A stretch of DNA of 64,000 nucleotides, from contig OX597841.1 in the NCBI GenBank assembly GCA_951406725.2, positions 10,726,001-10,790,000 of the forward strand. The letters run 5' to 3'. Made by a program: the position numbers and the translations under genes. A model generated the notes under the pieces. That model did no database searches, had not been told where the DNA came from, and saw nothing but the letters and a program-made list of their open reading frames with translations. This document shows, piece by piece, positions 13,701 through 27,377 of the stretch (position 1 is the stretch's first letter; each line of letters starts with the position of its first letter). This DNA comes from Octopus vulgaris. Taxonomy: Eukaryota.

Positions 13701-13706
<6 letters not shown>
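13261..13706 (-). mobile_element. Single ~431-bp HHR-bearing unit with short direct terminal redundancy, in (TA)n
   Basis: aattagtaaataaat occurs at both 13261 and 13692. The unit contains an HHR at 13452-13521 and has TA tracts on both sides. Confidence 0.75.
13452..13521 (-). ncRNA. Type I hammerhead ribozyme (second family)
   Basis: Minus strand: UGG-CUGAUGA-AGGU-[loop]-ACCU-GAAA-CCUGCAGG-UC-CCA. Canonical core, palindromic helix III, GUC cleavage triplet. Confidence 0.85.
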
Positions 13707-13754
<48 letters not shown>

Positions 13755-13944
13755 GTAAAATATATATATATATATATATTATATTCGTAAAATATATATA
13801 TATATATTCGTAAAATTCTTCCCGGCATGCCCTATACTGCCGTGTAAGTTTTGCGTCTGCGCAGAGATTTGAAAAGTTAAGATCTGCTAGTAGTCGAGAC
13901 CAAAACATGGTCCCACATCGCTGCAGACCTCGATTCAATTTAGG

Positions 13945-14022
13945 CGACTCGCTGACGAAGCTAGCCTTAGCAAACATACTCTGTGTTTTGCTAGAAAGAA
14001 GCAGAAACCGCGGTTCGAGTTG
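13945..14022 (+). ncRNA. Type I hammerhead ribozyme (third family, copy 1)
   Basis: CGACUCG-CUGACGA-aGCU-[internal hairpin uagcaaa/uuugcua]-AGCa-GAAA-CCGCGG-UU-CGAGUUG. Stem I has 7 bp, helix III is palindromic, the triplet is GUU, and the first stem II position is an A.A mismatch. Confidence 0.8.
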
Positions 14023-14398
14023 TTAAAGTTATCGGTAAACGTTTTTGATTTTCACTCTCGATAAATTCATCCCCTTTTTGTGTTCCCAGCACTCGGCATC
14101 TTAATTTAGGAGCCCTTAATTGTATAACTACATGAATAATATTTTTCTATATGAATAATATTTTTGTCTTATGACTAATTCGTCTTTGGTGCTGGGCACC
14201 TGGTAGTAAATAATATTACTACCCTTCTTGTTTATATTCGCATATTACATGATGGATTTATTCGTAAAATTCTTCCCGGCATGCCCTATACTGCCGTGTA
14301 AGTATTGCGTCTGCGCAGAGATTTGAAAAGTTAAGATCTGCTAGTAGTCGAGATCAACACATGGTCCCACATCGCTGCAGACCTCGATACAATTTAGG

Positions 14399-14476
14399 CG
14401 ACTCGCTGACGAAGCTAGCCTTAGCAAACATATTCTGTGTTTTGCTAGAAAGAAGCAGAAACCGCGGTTCGAGTTG
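14399..14476 (+). ncRNA. Type I hammerhead ribozyme (third family, copy 2)
   Basis: Same motif 454 bp downstream, with core and stems unchanged. Confidence 0.8.
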
Positions 14477-14647
14477 TTAAAGTTATCGGTAAACGTTTTT
14501 GATTTTCACTCTCGATAAATTCATCCCCTTTTTGTGTTCCCAGCACTCGGCATCTTAATTTAGGAGCCCTTAATTGTCATGTTGATTCGTTAGCTACTGC
14601 ACGCATTTTTTTCTCTCCTTCTTTCTGTGTTCTTCTCTCTCTGTGTA

Positions 14648-14685
14648 TCTTTCTGTTGAAGAGCGTAGGCTCGAAACGTTAAAGA
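14648..14685 (+). ncRNA. Minimal Penelope-type hammerhead motif with variant core (fourth family)
   Basis: UCUUU-CUGUUGA-A-GAGC-GUAG-GCUC-GAAAC-GUU-AAAGA. Stems I and II are perfect, helix III is reduced to the palindrome AACGUU, and the core has U in place of A6. Confidence 0.6.
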
Positions 14686-14814
14686 CTTGTTTTATTTATA
14701 TTTCCTGAGCGCCATACTAATACAATTGTTCGTTTGTTTTCCACCTGCCTTCGTCTTTTGTTTATTTTCATAAAGCTTCCCGTTATATATATATATATAT
14801 ATATATAGATATAC

Positions 14815-15470
14815 ATCATCATCGTTTAACGTCCGCTTTCCATGGGTTGGATGATTTGACCGAGGACTGGTGAACTAGATGGCTGCACAAGGCTCCAGTC
14901 AGATCTAGTAGAGTTTCTACAGCTGGATGCCCTTCCTAACACCAACCACTCCGAGAGTGTGTGTGTGTGTTTGTGTATATACATACATACACTCACATTA
15001 ACACACATATACACACACATGTATATATTAATATACATATATATATATATATATATATACATCATCATCGTTTAACGTCCGCTTTCCATGCTAGCATGGG
15101 TTGGATGATTTGACCGAGGACTGGTGAACTAGATGGCTGCAGCAGGCTCCAGTCAGATCTAGTAGAATTTCTACAGTTGGATGCCCTTCCTAACACCAAC
15201 CACTCCGAGAGTGTAGTGGGTGCTTTTACATGCCACCGGCATGAGGGCCAGTGAGGTGGTACTGGCAACGACCACACTCTAATGGTGCTTTTTTACGTGC
15301 CACCTGCACAGGAGCCAGTCCAGCTGCACTGGCAACAATCTTGCTCAAATGGTATTTCACGTGCCACCAACATTTTTATGTGCCACCGGCACGGAAGCCA
15401 GTCAGCTGCTCTGGCAACGATCACACTCAGATGGTGCTCTTAGCGCACTACTGGTATAGGTGCCAGTCAT
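14815..15470 (-). mobile_element. Two tandem copies (one truncated) of the RTE-associated SINE-like repeat
   Basis: catcatcgtttaacgtccgctttccatg...gggttggatgatttgaccgagg occurs at ~14815 and ~15061. It is the reverse complement of the family at 1-375. Confidence 0.75.
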
Positions 15471-15745
15471 TGAATTTAAAGAAAAAATATATAAAACAAA
15501 AGAGAAACAAAAAGAAACAAAGAGAGAGTGAGTGAGAGAGAGAGAGAGAATGAGAGGGAGAGAGGTGAAAGTGAAAGTGTTGAAAGAGAAAAAGAAGAGG
15601 AAGGAAAGTGAGACACACACATACAGATGTATATATGTGATCGGCTTGAAAATTATTAACATATTAAGCTATTTTCTTAACATGAAACCACTGCTACCCT
15701 TAATACACAAATGTATGTATGTTTGAATGTATGTATACACATGCA

Positions 15746-15792
<47 letters not shown>

Positions 15793-15809
15793 ATATATCT
15801 ATCTATCTA

Positions 15810-15880
<71 letters not shown>

Positions 15881-16915
15881 ACGATCAGAAAAAATTCCAA
15901 TAAATGTAGTTCAAATAATACGAAAAGAAACAAATTCTTTAATCCTTTTGTTAAAGATGGCTAAGATTCAGAGATGAAGAGAGAGAGAGAGAGGAGAAGG
16001 CGAGAAAGACAGAGAGAGTGATTGACTGAGGGGTTACTTTACACTATTCCACATCCAATATCTCATAGTCTTGAGTTCAATTCCTACTAGGTATGCTTCT
16101 GCCTGTCATTCTTCTCATAAGAGTTGATAAAAATGAAAATAAAGTTTTGATAATGTACCAGTGGAAAGTCAGTCAAGCATTTCCCCATCCCCTTTCACCA
16201 CGCCCCCCCTTCTACCTGCAAACCCCCTATCATCACTGGTTACCACCTAAAAAGTTATAGGGGTGGTGGGTGGGTGTGTACACATCTTAGAAATCAATAT
16301 TGAGGAAAGATTTGCCAGCAGCTGTGATATGAGGCTGAAATTATTGTTGAGTCAGCAATGGATTGTTCCGGATGATAAAATCAGTGATGCCAATAGAGTA
16401 AGATGCTGAAATAGAAGTCGTTGCTGGATAATTGAAGGAGTGAGAGAGGAGAAAAGAAGGAAAAAGTATGGAAGGAGAGAGCGGAAGTAAAATATGGGAA
16501 AGAAGAAAAGAGTCAGGGGAATAACCGAGTGAGAGGGAGCGAGGGTAGTTGGTGTGAGAAAAGATTTTTTTAAGAGTATATATATAAAACAAAGGAGAAA
16601 TAGAAAGAGAGAGAGAGGGGTGGTGGAGAGAGGGAGAGAGATAAAAGTGAAAGTGTTGAAAGAGAAGAAGAGAAGGAAAGTGAGAAATATATATGTAAAG
16701 AGAGAGAGAGAGGGGGGTGAGTGAAAGAAGAGAATAGAATACAAAATATATAGAAAAATATATAGAAAAATATGAAATGTAATGTTTATATGTGTTTACG
16801 TATATTTCTTAAGATATTTTTTATTTCTTTCTCTTTTTCAATCAAACACTGTCTCGTCCCCCATACAAACACACATACACACACATATATTTGTAGATAG
16901 GTGTGATTCTGTGCT

Positions 16916-16960
<45 letters not shown>

Positions 16961-16962
<2 letters not shown>

Positions 16963-17556
16963 TCATCATCATTTAGCGTCCGTTTTCCATGCTAGCATGG
17001 GTTGGACGGTTCAACTGGGGTCTGTGAAGCCAGGGCTGCACCAGGCTCCAATCTGATCTGGCAGTGTTTCTACAGCTGGATGCCCTTCCTAACGCCAAGC
17101 ACTCCGCGAGTGTAGTGGGTGCTTTTTACGTGCCACCCGCACAGGTGCCAGACGGAGCTGGCAAACGGCCACAAACGGATGGTGCTTTTATGTGCCACCG
17201 GCACAGGGGTCAGGCGAGGCTGGCAACGGACACGAACGGATGGTGCTTTTATGTGCCACCGGCACAGGGGTCAGGCGAGGCTGGCAACGGACACGAACAG
17301 ATGGTGCTTTTATGTGCCACCAGCACGGAGGCCAGACGGTGCAGCACCGCCAACGGCCACGATCGGATGGTTCGCTTTACTGATGTTGATCGACCTCAAT
17401 TTTGGTTCTGCTTTCTGATATCTGATTTGATTTGGTTTGGTTTGATTTTGATTTTGATTCTGACTGTTCTCACTGGTCTTGCCGGGTCTTCTCACGCACA
17501 GCATACTTCCATAGGTCTCGGTCTCTAGTCATTTCCTTGGTGAGACCTAAAGTTCA
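16961..17556 (-). mobile_element. RTE 3'-end-derived repeat with internal ~51-bp tandem units
   Basis: Reverse complement of the 52650-53445 type sequence, including the RTE ORF tail (gcacagcatacttccataggtctcggtctctagtcatttcc). Confidence 0.75.
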
Positions 17557-17565
17557 ATATATATA

Positions 17566-18258
<693 letters not shown>

Positions 18259-18558
18259 GTGGAGGCGCAATGGCCTAGCGGTTAGGGCAGCGGACTCGCG
18301 GTCGCAGGATCGCGGTTTCGATTCCCAGACCGGGCGTTGTGAGTGTTTATTGAGCGAAAACACCTAAAAGCTCCATGAGGCTCTGGCAGGGGGTGGTGGT
18401 GACCTCTGCTGTAATCTTTTGCCCCAACTTTCTCTCATTCTTTCTTCCTGCTTCATGGATAACGCTGCGATGGACTGGTGTCCCCTCCAGCTGGGGGGAA
18501 CACATATGCCACAGAAACTGGGAAACCGGACCCATGAGCCTGGCTAGGCTTGAAAAAA
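18259..18558 (+). mobile_element. tRNA-derived SINE
   Basis: Head ggcgcaatggcctagcggttagggcagcggactcgcgg...ggtttcgattccc has A/B-box-like motifs, followed by a non-tRNA body and an A tail. A related copy lies at ~47348-47625. Confidence 0.75.
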
Positions 18559-19179
18559 AAGATCTTGTTAATAATCAAATTTTCTTTGAGTGGTCATAAG
18601 TACACACATATATGGCAAACACAACAACAACAGCATCAACAACAGCAGGAGCAACAGATGTTGCAACTTTCACCTTACAGAAGAAGGACTAAGCATATAG
18701 AAATGAATATTTATGCATCCTTCAATATAGATCATATCATCTCTGTGGTATGTTTTCCAAGATAATGGACCATACTGTATCATGATGTCCTATACAATCT
18801 CCCACAAAAGATACTTGGAAGTACCATGTTGTAGCAAAGCTGCTCTACATACCATATACGCTGGTGTAAAAGGTGCAATTTTTTTCATTCTGAAATATAA
18901 CAAAAAACTGCTTTGCAGCTAATGTGACTGTATTATGGATGGGATACCGAGTGTATATGATGAAACATAATCAATTTGTCTTCATTTCTTTTCTTTTTTT
19001 CCCACAAAAAGAGTAGGGAGTTTGTCTCATTTGAGATTGGGTCTTATACACCAGAAAATATGATATGTCTTGCCACACCATTTCGACTAAACAGATAAAA
19101 TGATTGGTACTTGTATGAACCTCTGTCTGCCTTAGAAAATGATGACGTGAAAATACTATATAACTTGAGCATACAAATA

Positions 19180-19530
19180 GGAGGAGGAGCCGGCCCCCTT
19201 CGGTCATAAATGACCATGGGGTTGCACCTAGAAAGTTACCCTCTGAGGCATAAGTCTGGGCAAGGTTGTTTGTGGAAGGCCAGCAGTAGCCCTTGCATGC
19301 CAGCCTCCCCTCCTTTCCACACCACCGATGTTATCCAAGGGAAAGCCAAAGGGGCCGATACAGCTTGGCACCTTTGACGTCGCAACTCATTTCTACAGCT
19401 GAGTTAACTGGAGCAACATGAAATAAAGTGTCTTGCTCAAGAACACAACATGTAACCCGGTCGGGGAATTGAACTCACAACCTCACAATTGTAAACTTGA
19501 TGCTCTAACCACTGAGCCATGTGCCTTCAT
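19180..19530 (-). mobile_element. tRNA-derived SINE (second family)
   Basis: Minus-strand head gaaggcacatggctcagtggttagagca...gagttcaattccc. A near-identical copy lies at 51950-52290. Confidence 0.75.
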
Positions 19531-20714
19531 TTACAAATAACAGCTGATAATATAGTATATATAAATGTAAGATAATTTTTCCTGATAAAATGGCAGTAAC
19601 ATAGTTATTGTCATGGCATTACCAAATAATTGTGAAGTTGTATAGAGTTAAGTGCCTTGACCCTTCTGAATGCAAAGCAGTTTCTGTGAAGGACAGAAAT
19701 GAGCCGTCAGCCAACATGGTGCTTGTCCCTAACTCATAGCAATTCTAACTTTTAAAAAGAAAAGAAAAATGAAATTTTGTGAACCAAAGGTGAAATAATT
19801 TTGTGGTAATTCAGTTCATCAGTTATGGTCTCTTAAACTTTAATGATTTGATCATCTGTTTCTTCTACACATGTAATATATTAATCAGAGTAGTTTTTTG
19901 TGTCATGAGGAATACCTACATGAAGACTTTTTCTTCAGTGTATTTAGAGCAATTCTGCTTCCCTGAAGTTTTTCCTGTCTCATGTTAAAGTAACTGAATA
20001 CAGTATGGAAAGGTAAATCACTCATTAATATTAAAGGTTTAGGTGGTGGTTGAGCTGACAGAATTGTTAGTTCACTAGACAAAATGCTTAGCAGCATTTT
20101 AGTGATCTGAGTTCAAATTCTGTTGAGGTCAATTTTTCCTTTCATCTTCTTGGGATCAATAAAATAGTTACCAGTTGAGCACTGGGGTCAATATAAATGA
20201 TTTACTCCCTCCCTCAAAATGTTTGGCCTCTTGCCAAAATTTGAAACCAATATTAATGTACTGGTAAAGGTGGAAAGCTGGCAGAATCATTAGTATAATG
20301 GCCAAAATGCTTAGTGGCATTTTGCCTTTCTTCGCATTTTGAGTGCAAATTCTGCTGAGGTAGACTTTGTCTTTCATCCTTTCAGAATTGATAACATAAA
20401 TACCAGTTGAATACTGGGGTCGTTGTAATTGACTTATTCCCTCCCCTACCTGTGCAGTGGCACACAAAAGTGCCTGTGTGGTCTCACCTAAAAGCACCCA
20501 TGCAGTACCAAATAAAAGCACCCAGCACACTCTGTAAAGTCAGTGTTAGGAAGGGCATCCAGCCATAGAAACCATGCCAAATCAGACTGGAGTCTGATGC
20601 AGCTCCCCAGCTTGCCAGCTCTGGACAAACCATCCAACCCATGCCAACATGGACAATGGACATTAAAGGATTATTATTATAATTATTATTATTATAATTA
20701 TTATTATAATTATA

Positions 20715-20761
<47 letters not shown>

Positions 20762-21152
20762 CATTATTAGTGCTTGGGAGCTCTACATTCTCATGATGCA
20801 AAACTTGCTCACTTAAGCATGCAAAACAAACAGGCATTATAAATGATGGCAATGATTACGACGATGATAATATGTACTTAGATAGGAACAAGACCCGAAA
20901 TTTTAATGGAAAGAGTTATTTTATTAAACTTTACTGGTTCTTTATTTTATCAACTCTGGAAATATAAAAGGTAAAATCGACCTTGGTTTGATTTGAACCC
21001 AGAACATAAAGAGACGGAACCAATATCTAAGCACATTTTGTCTGATCTTCTAACAATTCTGTCAATACCCTTCTTGGTGATGATGTCAATGATGATTATG
21101 ATTATGATCATATATACATATATATTATTGTTATTATTATTCATATACATCA

Positions 21153-21565
21153 TGTAGGCGCAGGAGTGGCTGTGTGGTAAGTAGCTTGCTAACCAACCAC
21201 ATGGTTCCGGGTTCAGTCCCACTGCGTGGCATCTTGGGCAAGTGTCTTCTGCTATAGCCCCGGGCCGACCAATGCCTTGTGAGTGGATTTGGTAAACGGA
21301 AACTGAAAGAAGCCTGTCGTATATATGTATATATATGTAAGTGTGTGTGTTTGTGTGTCTGTGTTTGTTCCTCTAGCACTGCTTGACAACTGATTCTGGT
21401 GTGTTTACGTCCCCGTCACTTAGCGGTTCGGCAAAAGAGACCGATAGAATAAGTACTGGGCTTACAAAGAATAAGTCCCAGGGTCGATTAGCTCGACTAA
21501 AAAAAGGCGGTGCTCCAGCATGGCCGCAGTCAAAATGACTGAAACAAGTAAAAGAGAGAGAGAGT
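21153..21565 (+). mobile_element. tRNA-derived SINE (third family, abundant)
   Basis: ggcgcaggagtggctgtgtggtaagtagcttgct...gggttcagtccc...ttgggcaagtgtcttct...gcatggccgcagtc...gactgaaacaagtaaaagag. Inverted copies lie at 31113-31500 and 31670-32108. Confidence 0.8.
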
Positions 21566-21574
21566 ATACAACAG

Positions 21575-22955
21575 ATTAGGCTGTTGGAAAAGAAAAATTC
21601 CTAACATTGGGCTACAAGTAGCCTTAAATACCAAGAACCTTCCTAAGTATCCTCGCTCTCCCTAACAACACTGTTTTATCCCTAACAACACTGCACTAAC
21701 CTTGGTTTTATTCCTATTTTCTCAATCCAAATGTTCAAATCGTTAGGGATAGCTCCTAATTCATTTATAACTACTGGGATACATTTTACCCACACTTTCT
21801 ATAATCTCCATAATTCAATGGCTAAGTCTTGGTACTTGGCTATTTTTTCTATTACTCTCATATCGATTTTTTCATCATTTGGGCCTATATAGTCAATTAT
21901 CTGGCACTTTCTATTGTCTTTGTCAACTACTACTAAACCAGGCTTTCTAGCTTCTATTACACTGTCAGCTTGAATGTTAAAGTCCCACAACATCTTATAT
22001 TTCTTACTTTCTAGTACTTTACTAGGTTCATATTCATACCATTTATCAGTAATGATCAAATCCTAGCTTTCTACATAACTCTCAGTGGATTTCTCTCCCT
22101 AGATTGTCATGTCTCTTCTGGTAGTCTTTCTGTACCAGTATGCTACATTCCCTTACTTTATGAGTAACACTTTCCTCTTTTGATTTGCATAACATACACT
22201 GGGAATATACTTGGTTTTTATCTATCTTGGCTTTTAATTAGTTCTTAATGCTTGATCTTGTGCTGCTACGGCTACTAACAAACTTTCTGTCTCCCTTTTA
22301 GCCTTCCTTTCTGCAACCACAATCATATCTCACTTCTACAATTTGCTGCAACTATCTTTGGGAGTCTACAATGTAAAGTCTTTTCCTGCCAGTCAGATAA
22401 CTTTTGCCCTTTTTTCTGGTTTTTAACTTCATTTGGTTATTTTGGTTTCCCTATATCTTGCTGTGTCTCTAGCAACTCTTAATAATCTTTCTTCCCTATT
22501 ACCTACATAGGAGTTTATATATACTCTAGCTAACTCCATGCAGTCTTCTATTGATATCAACCTTCTTCCACCTTCATTTCTAGATAAGTATAACCTTGCT
22601 ACTCCTGCCCTTGGGTGAAGGCCTTCATTCATATTGAATTCTTTCCAAGTTCTTCTTTCTAGATTTGCTAATTCAGTTTTTGTCCAATCTACAAAAGCTG
22701 TTGAGTATCTAGGTAATGATACTGCCCAAGTATTTACAGCCTTTGCTAGTTTCGGACCATTTTTGTTACCTTCCTTACCCTTCTGATGTACTCTTCAATT
22801 TTCATTTTCATTTCTATGGTTAGTACTCTGTCAGATTATAATACTCCTAGATACTTATAACTCTCTCTCCTTCTTTTAATGATTTGAATGTCTGGCCATC
22901 TGGTAATTGGATACCTTCACTATTGATTACCTGTCCATTTTTCATGACTAATTGT
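21575..22955 (-). mobile_element. R4/Dong-type non-LTR retrotransposon remnant (RT C-terminus + restriction-like endonuclease)
   Basis: Fragments LHPRAGVARLYLSRNEGGRRLISIED and WYEYEPSKVLESKKYKMLWDFNIQADSVIEARKPGLVVVDK..CQIID...EKIAKYQDLAIEL. Disrupted by stops and frameshifts. Confidence 0.8.
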
Positions 22956-23204
22956 TATTATATAAGCCAGTGAATTGGTAGAATCGTTAGCATGCTGGGC
23001 GAAATATTTAGCAGTATTTTACCTGTGCTTTGTCCTGAGTTCAAATTTCACCAAGGTTGACTTTCATCCTTTCAGAGTTGATAAACTAAGTACCAGTCAA
23101 GTACTGGGGTCGATGTAATTAACTATCTCTTTCCCTACAAATTCCAGGCTTTGTGCCTATAGTAGAAAGGATCATCATCATCATCATCATAATCATTATT
23201 ATTA

Positions 23205-23398
23205 TTGCCTAGCAGTATTTTGTCTGCCGCTTTGTTCTGAGTTCAAATTCTGCCGAGGCTGACTTTGCCTTTCATCCTTCAGGGTCGATTAAATATGTAC
23301 CAGTTAATCACTGGGGTCGATGTAATCGACTTAATCCATTTGTCTGTCCTTGTTTGTTCCCTCTATGTTTAGCCCCCTGTGGGCAATAAAGAAATAAA
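23205..23398 (+). mobile_element. SINE with Tx1-LINE-like 3' tail
   Basis: gagttcaaattctgccgagg...gcctttcatccttc...ccttgtttgttccctctatgtttagccccctgtgggcaataaagaaata. Other copies lie at ~54970-55128 and 63420-63800. Confidence 0.7.
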
Positions 23399-23399
23399 T

Positions 23400-23452
23400 T
23401 CTTCTTCTTCTTCTTCTTCTTCTTCTTATTATTATTATTATTATTATTATTA

Positions 23453-23492
<40 letters not shown>

Positions 23493-23669
23493 CATTATCA
23501 TCATTATTATTATTATTATCATTATCATTATTATTATCATTATTATTATTATCATTATTATTATCATTATTATTATTATTATCATCATTATTATTATTAT
23601 TATTAATTATCATTATTATTATTATTATTATTATCATTATTATTATATTATTATTATCATTATTATTAT

Positions 23670-23721
<52 letters not shown>

Positions 23722-23805
23722 CATTATTATTATTATTATTATCATCATTATTATTATTATTATTATTATTTATATTATTCATTATTATTATTATCATTAT
23801 TATTA

Positions 23806-23878
<73 letters not shown>

Positions 23879-23888
23879 CATTATTATT

Positions 23889-23986
<98 letters not shown>

Positions 23987-24021
23987 TATTATTATAATTA
24001 TTATTATTATTATTATTATCC

Positions 24022-24082
<61 letters not shown>
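23400..24082. repeat. (CTT)n followed by (ATT/ATC)n microsatellite
   Basis: Direct reading of the sequence. Confidence 0.98.
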
Positions 24083-24084
<2 letters not shown>

Positions 24085-24310
24085 ATAAGGCAACATACTA
24101 GCAGAATCTTTGGCATGTCAGGCAAAATGCTTTGTAGTAATTCATCTGTCTTTACATACAGAGTTCAAATTCTGCTATGGTCAGCTGCCTTTCATCCTTT
24201 CAGGGTTGATAAATTAAGTACCAGTGGAACGCTGGGGGTCGATGCAATCAACTACTCCCCTCCCACCAAATTTCAGGTTTTTGTGCCTTCAGTAGAATGG
24301 ATTATTCTTA

Positions 24311-24450
24311 TTATTATTCTTAAACAACAATATTATTGACAGTGACTTTGAAGTTTTAGCCTGTGAAGCCATGGTTGGACAGTCCAACAATAGCTTTAAC
24401 TGGCTGAAACTTCAAAATCGCCATCAATAATATTCTTATTTAAGAATAAT
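24311..24450. repeat. ~140-bp imperfect palindrome (MITE-like hairpin)
   Basis: attattcttaaa...tattattga...tttgaagttttagcc pairs with ggctgaaacttcaaa...tcaataata...tttaagaataat around the centre gttggacagtccaac. Confidence 0.7.
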
Positions 24451-24789
24451 AAATTTGTTCTCTACAAGAGTATAGAGTAATCCATCAGATTAATGTGTAA
24501 TTGTTTTTATTATAAGTGAGCATAAAAACAAACATTAACACATGCACGTGCGCACACACACATCTGTATGTGTGTATATCTCTCTTACTTGAAAATTAGG
24601 CAAGGGTTAGTGAGAGGAAGGGCATCCAACTGTACAACTCTGCCAACAATATTTAATCCATGCTAACTTGGGAAAACAGACTTAAAAAGTAAATATAAAG
24701 AAATGATGATATATGTGTGTGTGTGGATGTGTGGATGTATGTGTGTGAGATTTTCTTTTGATTCACCTATATGCAACAAATATATGAAA

Positions 24790-25520
24790 GTTATAAGAAA
24801 TCTAGTGCAAAAGTGGGAAAAATTGTTTTTATTGATTAACATAGGTGATCCAAAGTACACATGTTAGTGAATAATGCTTTATTAGAGTGAATAATACTTT
24901 ATGCAAAAGTACGATTCAGCACAGTCTCCATTGCATGGGATACATCTGCTCTATTGCTGAACCCGACACTCAGATCATCTTTGAAAAGATTCAGGTGTGC
25001 ACTGTTGGTGTCACTTTGGTACAGCCACTTTCATCTCACCAATATCATCAATGGACCAAAGAGGTGGAAGTCAGAGGGCCAGATCCAGTCAGTACGGTGG
25101 ATGGCAATCACTGATCAGCCTAATTTGCTGATTACTTGATTTGTTGCTAAAGATTTGTGCAGTTGTGCATTGTCATAATAAACTTGAGTCATTTGTTATT
25201 GTTCAGCCTCTTCTTGTTCAGATTCTTGGTCAGCCTCTTCCTCTTAATGGCTTCTCTAAGCCTTTTGAGTGTCTCGATGTTCTCTGTTCACACTTCAGGC
25301 ACATTCCAGAAAATCAAGGAGACCGACGCCCTTGTCATTCCAGAAAACAGCCACCAGGTTTTTCTGTGTCGATAACTATCTCTTAAACTTCTTAGCTCTT
25401 GGAGAAGAAATGCAACACCATTCCAAGGGCTGAGCTTTCTTTTCTGGATCGCAAAGATACACCCATTGAATGCAAACAAGATGCCAAGTAATGATTTTAA
25501 ATCAGGTGACAGATTCAATC
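24790..25520 (-). mobile_element. mariner (DD34D-type) transposase remnant
   Basis: Frameshifted motifs corresponding to MEW....SPR.KKF...VFW...G and ...DLAPSDFHLFGPL on the minus strand. Confidence 0.65.
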
Positions 25521-26831
25521 TATAATGTAAGCAGGCCTTATGAAGGTTTCATTCCAGAATGCAAAGAACCAGAATAAATACAGTAAGGCATTTGGCCCCA
25601 AATTCTTACTTTTCTCTCAATTCATCATTCAAGCCTGGTATTCAAGCTTGGTGCTTCTTATCAACCTTGAAAATATGAAAGGCTAAGATGACTTCAGCAG
25701 GATTTGAACTCAGAGCAGAGAGAGAGAGAGAGAGATAGAAGTATTTTTTTTTAGTAGGGTTCATGTTGCTATTGTTGATGTTTCACCCAGGTTAACCATG
25801 GTTCAACAGCTCTATAATTAGAAGTTGGGGAGGTACATGGCTTAGTGGTTAGGGTGTTGGACACATGATCGTAAGATTGTGGTTTTGAATCCTGGACCGG
25901 GTGATGCATTATGTTCTTGAGCAAAACCCTTTATTCCATGCTGCTCCTGTCCACTCAACTAGTAAAAATGAATCATCCTACAATGGAGCATCACCCCATT
26001 CAGGGAGGAATATATGCCCCAGAGAAACCAGAAAACTGGCCTTACGCTTCTTACAGAGTAATGTACGCTAACCAGGATTAGCAGTGACCCAACTGTAACT
26101 GCCCATCTTTATAGAGTTATGTATAAGAGTACATTATCCAGCGTACTCTTTTCTTTTTTCAAAAAGTAGGATGTGATTTAAGGGACGTTTTGCTGTTGTT
26201 TCAGGCTGATTTAGTGACCACATAGAAGCTTTCTCATTGGCTCAAGTTTCCTCATTGGCTTCTTGATATCACTGTGGTTGTTATTTAGCCTAAGGTTAAC
26301 TCTGATCAAACAGACCTATGATCACTGCCATTCCAACCATGACATCCTGTGCTTTTTAGTTTCTATTGCCACACTGTCTAACGTATGCCTTTCTCTTTGG
26401 AGTGTGATCTGAGGAAGATTTGGTTGCTTTTTCTAGCCGGATGTTCAGGCTATATAGCAGCTCCTTCATTGGCTTGTGTTGCTAATGGTTGTTGTTGTTG
26501 TTGTTCATGATAATGTTGTGGTTATTGTTGCTAGAAGTCTTCTTGTTGTTGTTGTTGTTGTTGTTGAGGTTACTGGCTGGTCTCCTTGGACTTCTACTGA
26601 TTTTCACAATACTCTCCAGAATCTAGTTTATCACCGTTGCTGCTGCTGCTGCTGCGGCTGCTGCTACTCCTGTTCCTGTTGCCTCTGTTACTGCTATTAT
26701 TGACGTTGTTGCTGCTGTTGTTGTTATTATTGCTGATGCTGTTGCTACTGCTATTATTGATGCTTCTGTTTATGTCTCTGCTTTTACTGCTGCATTGTTA
26801 CTATTAGAACTGCTACTAGTGCTGCTGCCGC

Positions 26832-26872
<41 letters not shown>

Positions 26873-27190
26873 ATGATATTAGTACTGCTACTACTGCCAG
26901 TGCTGTTACTCTCTTATCTCACACTGCTCCCATCCGTAGAAGTCTCCTTCACTTTCCCTTCTCCCCCTTCAAACCTTCTCCCTCATTACTTTCTTAGCTT
27001 CACCTCTCTTTCACTGCATATTACTAGATCCCAGTCTCCTCTCTCTTCCCCCATTTATGTTTCCATCTTTCTTTTCCTTCCTCTTTGTCTCGTAATCTAC
27101 GGCTCTTCCTTCATCCATCACCCCTTCTCACTCTCCTTTTTTTCTCATTTTCTACTTCCTCTTTGCCCCTTTCTATCATTCTCTTTCTTC

Positions 27191-27377
<187 letters not shown>

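Larger units (their letters stand above)
13806..14577 (+). repeat. 454-bp tandem repeat (~1.7 units) with one HHR per unit (third family)
   Basis: attcgtaaaattcttcccggcatgccc occurs at 13806 and 14260, and the copies are near-identical. Confidence 0.92.

Noticed and set aside
18259-18335. tRNA gene
   Set aside because: The tRNA-like head continues into a repeated SINE body, with no proper acceptor stem or terminator. The same applies at 19.5, 21.2 and 52.3 kb.
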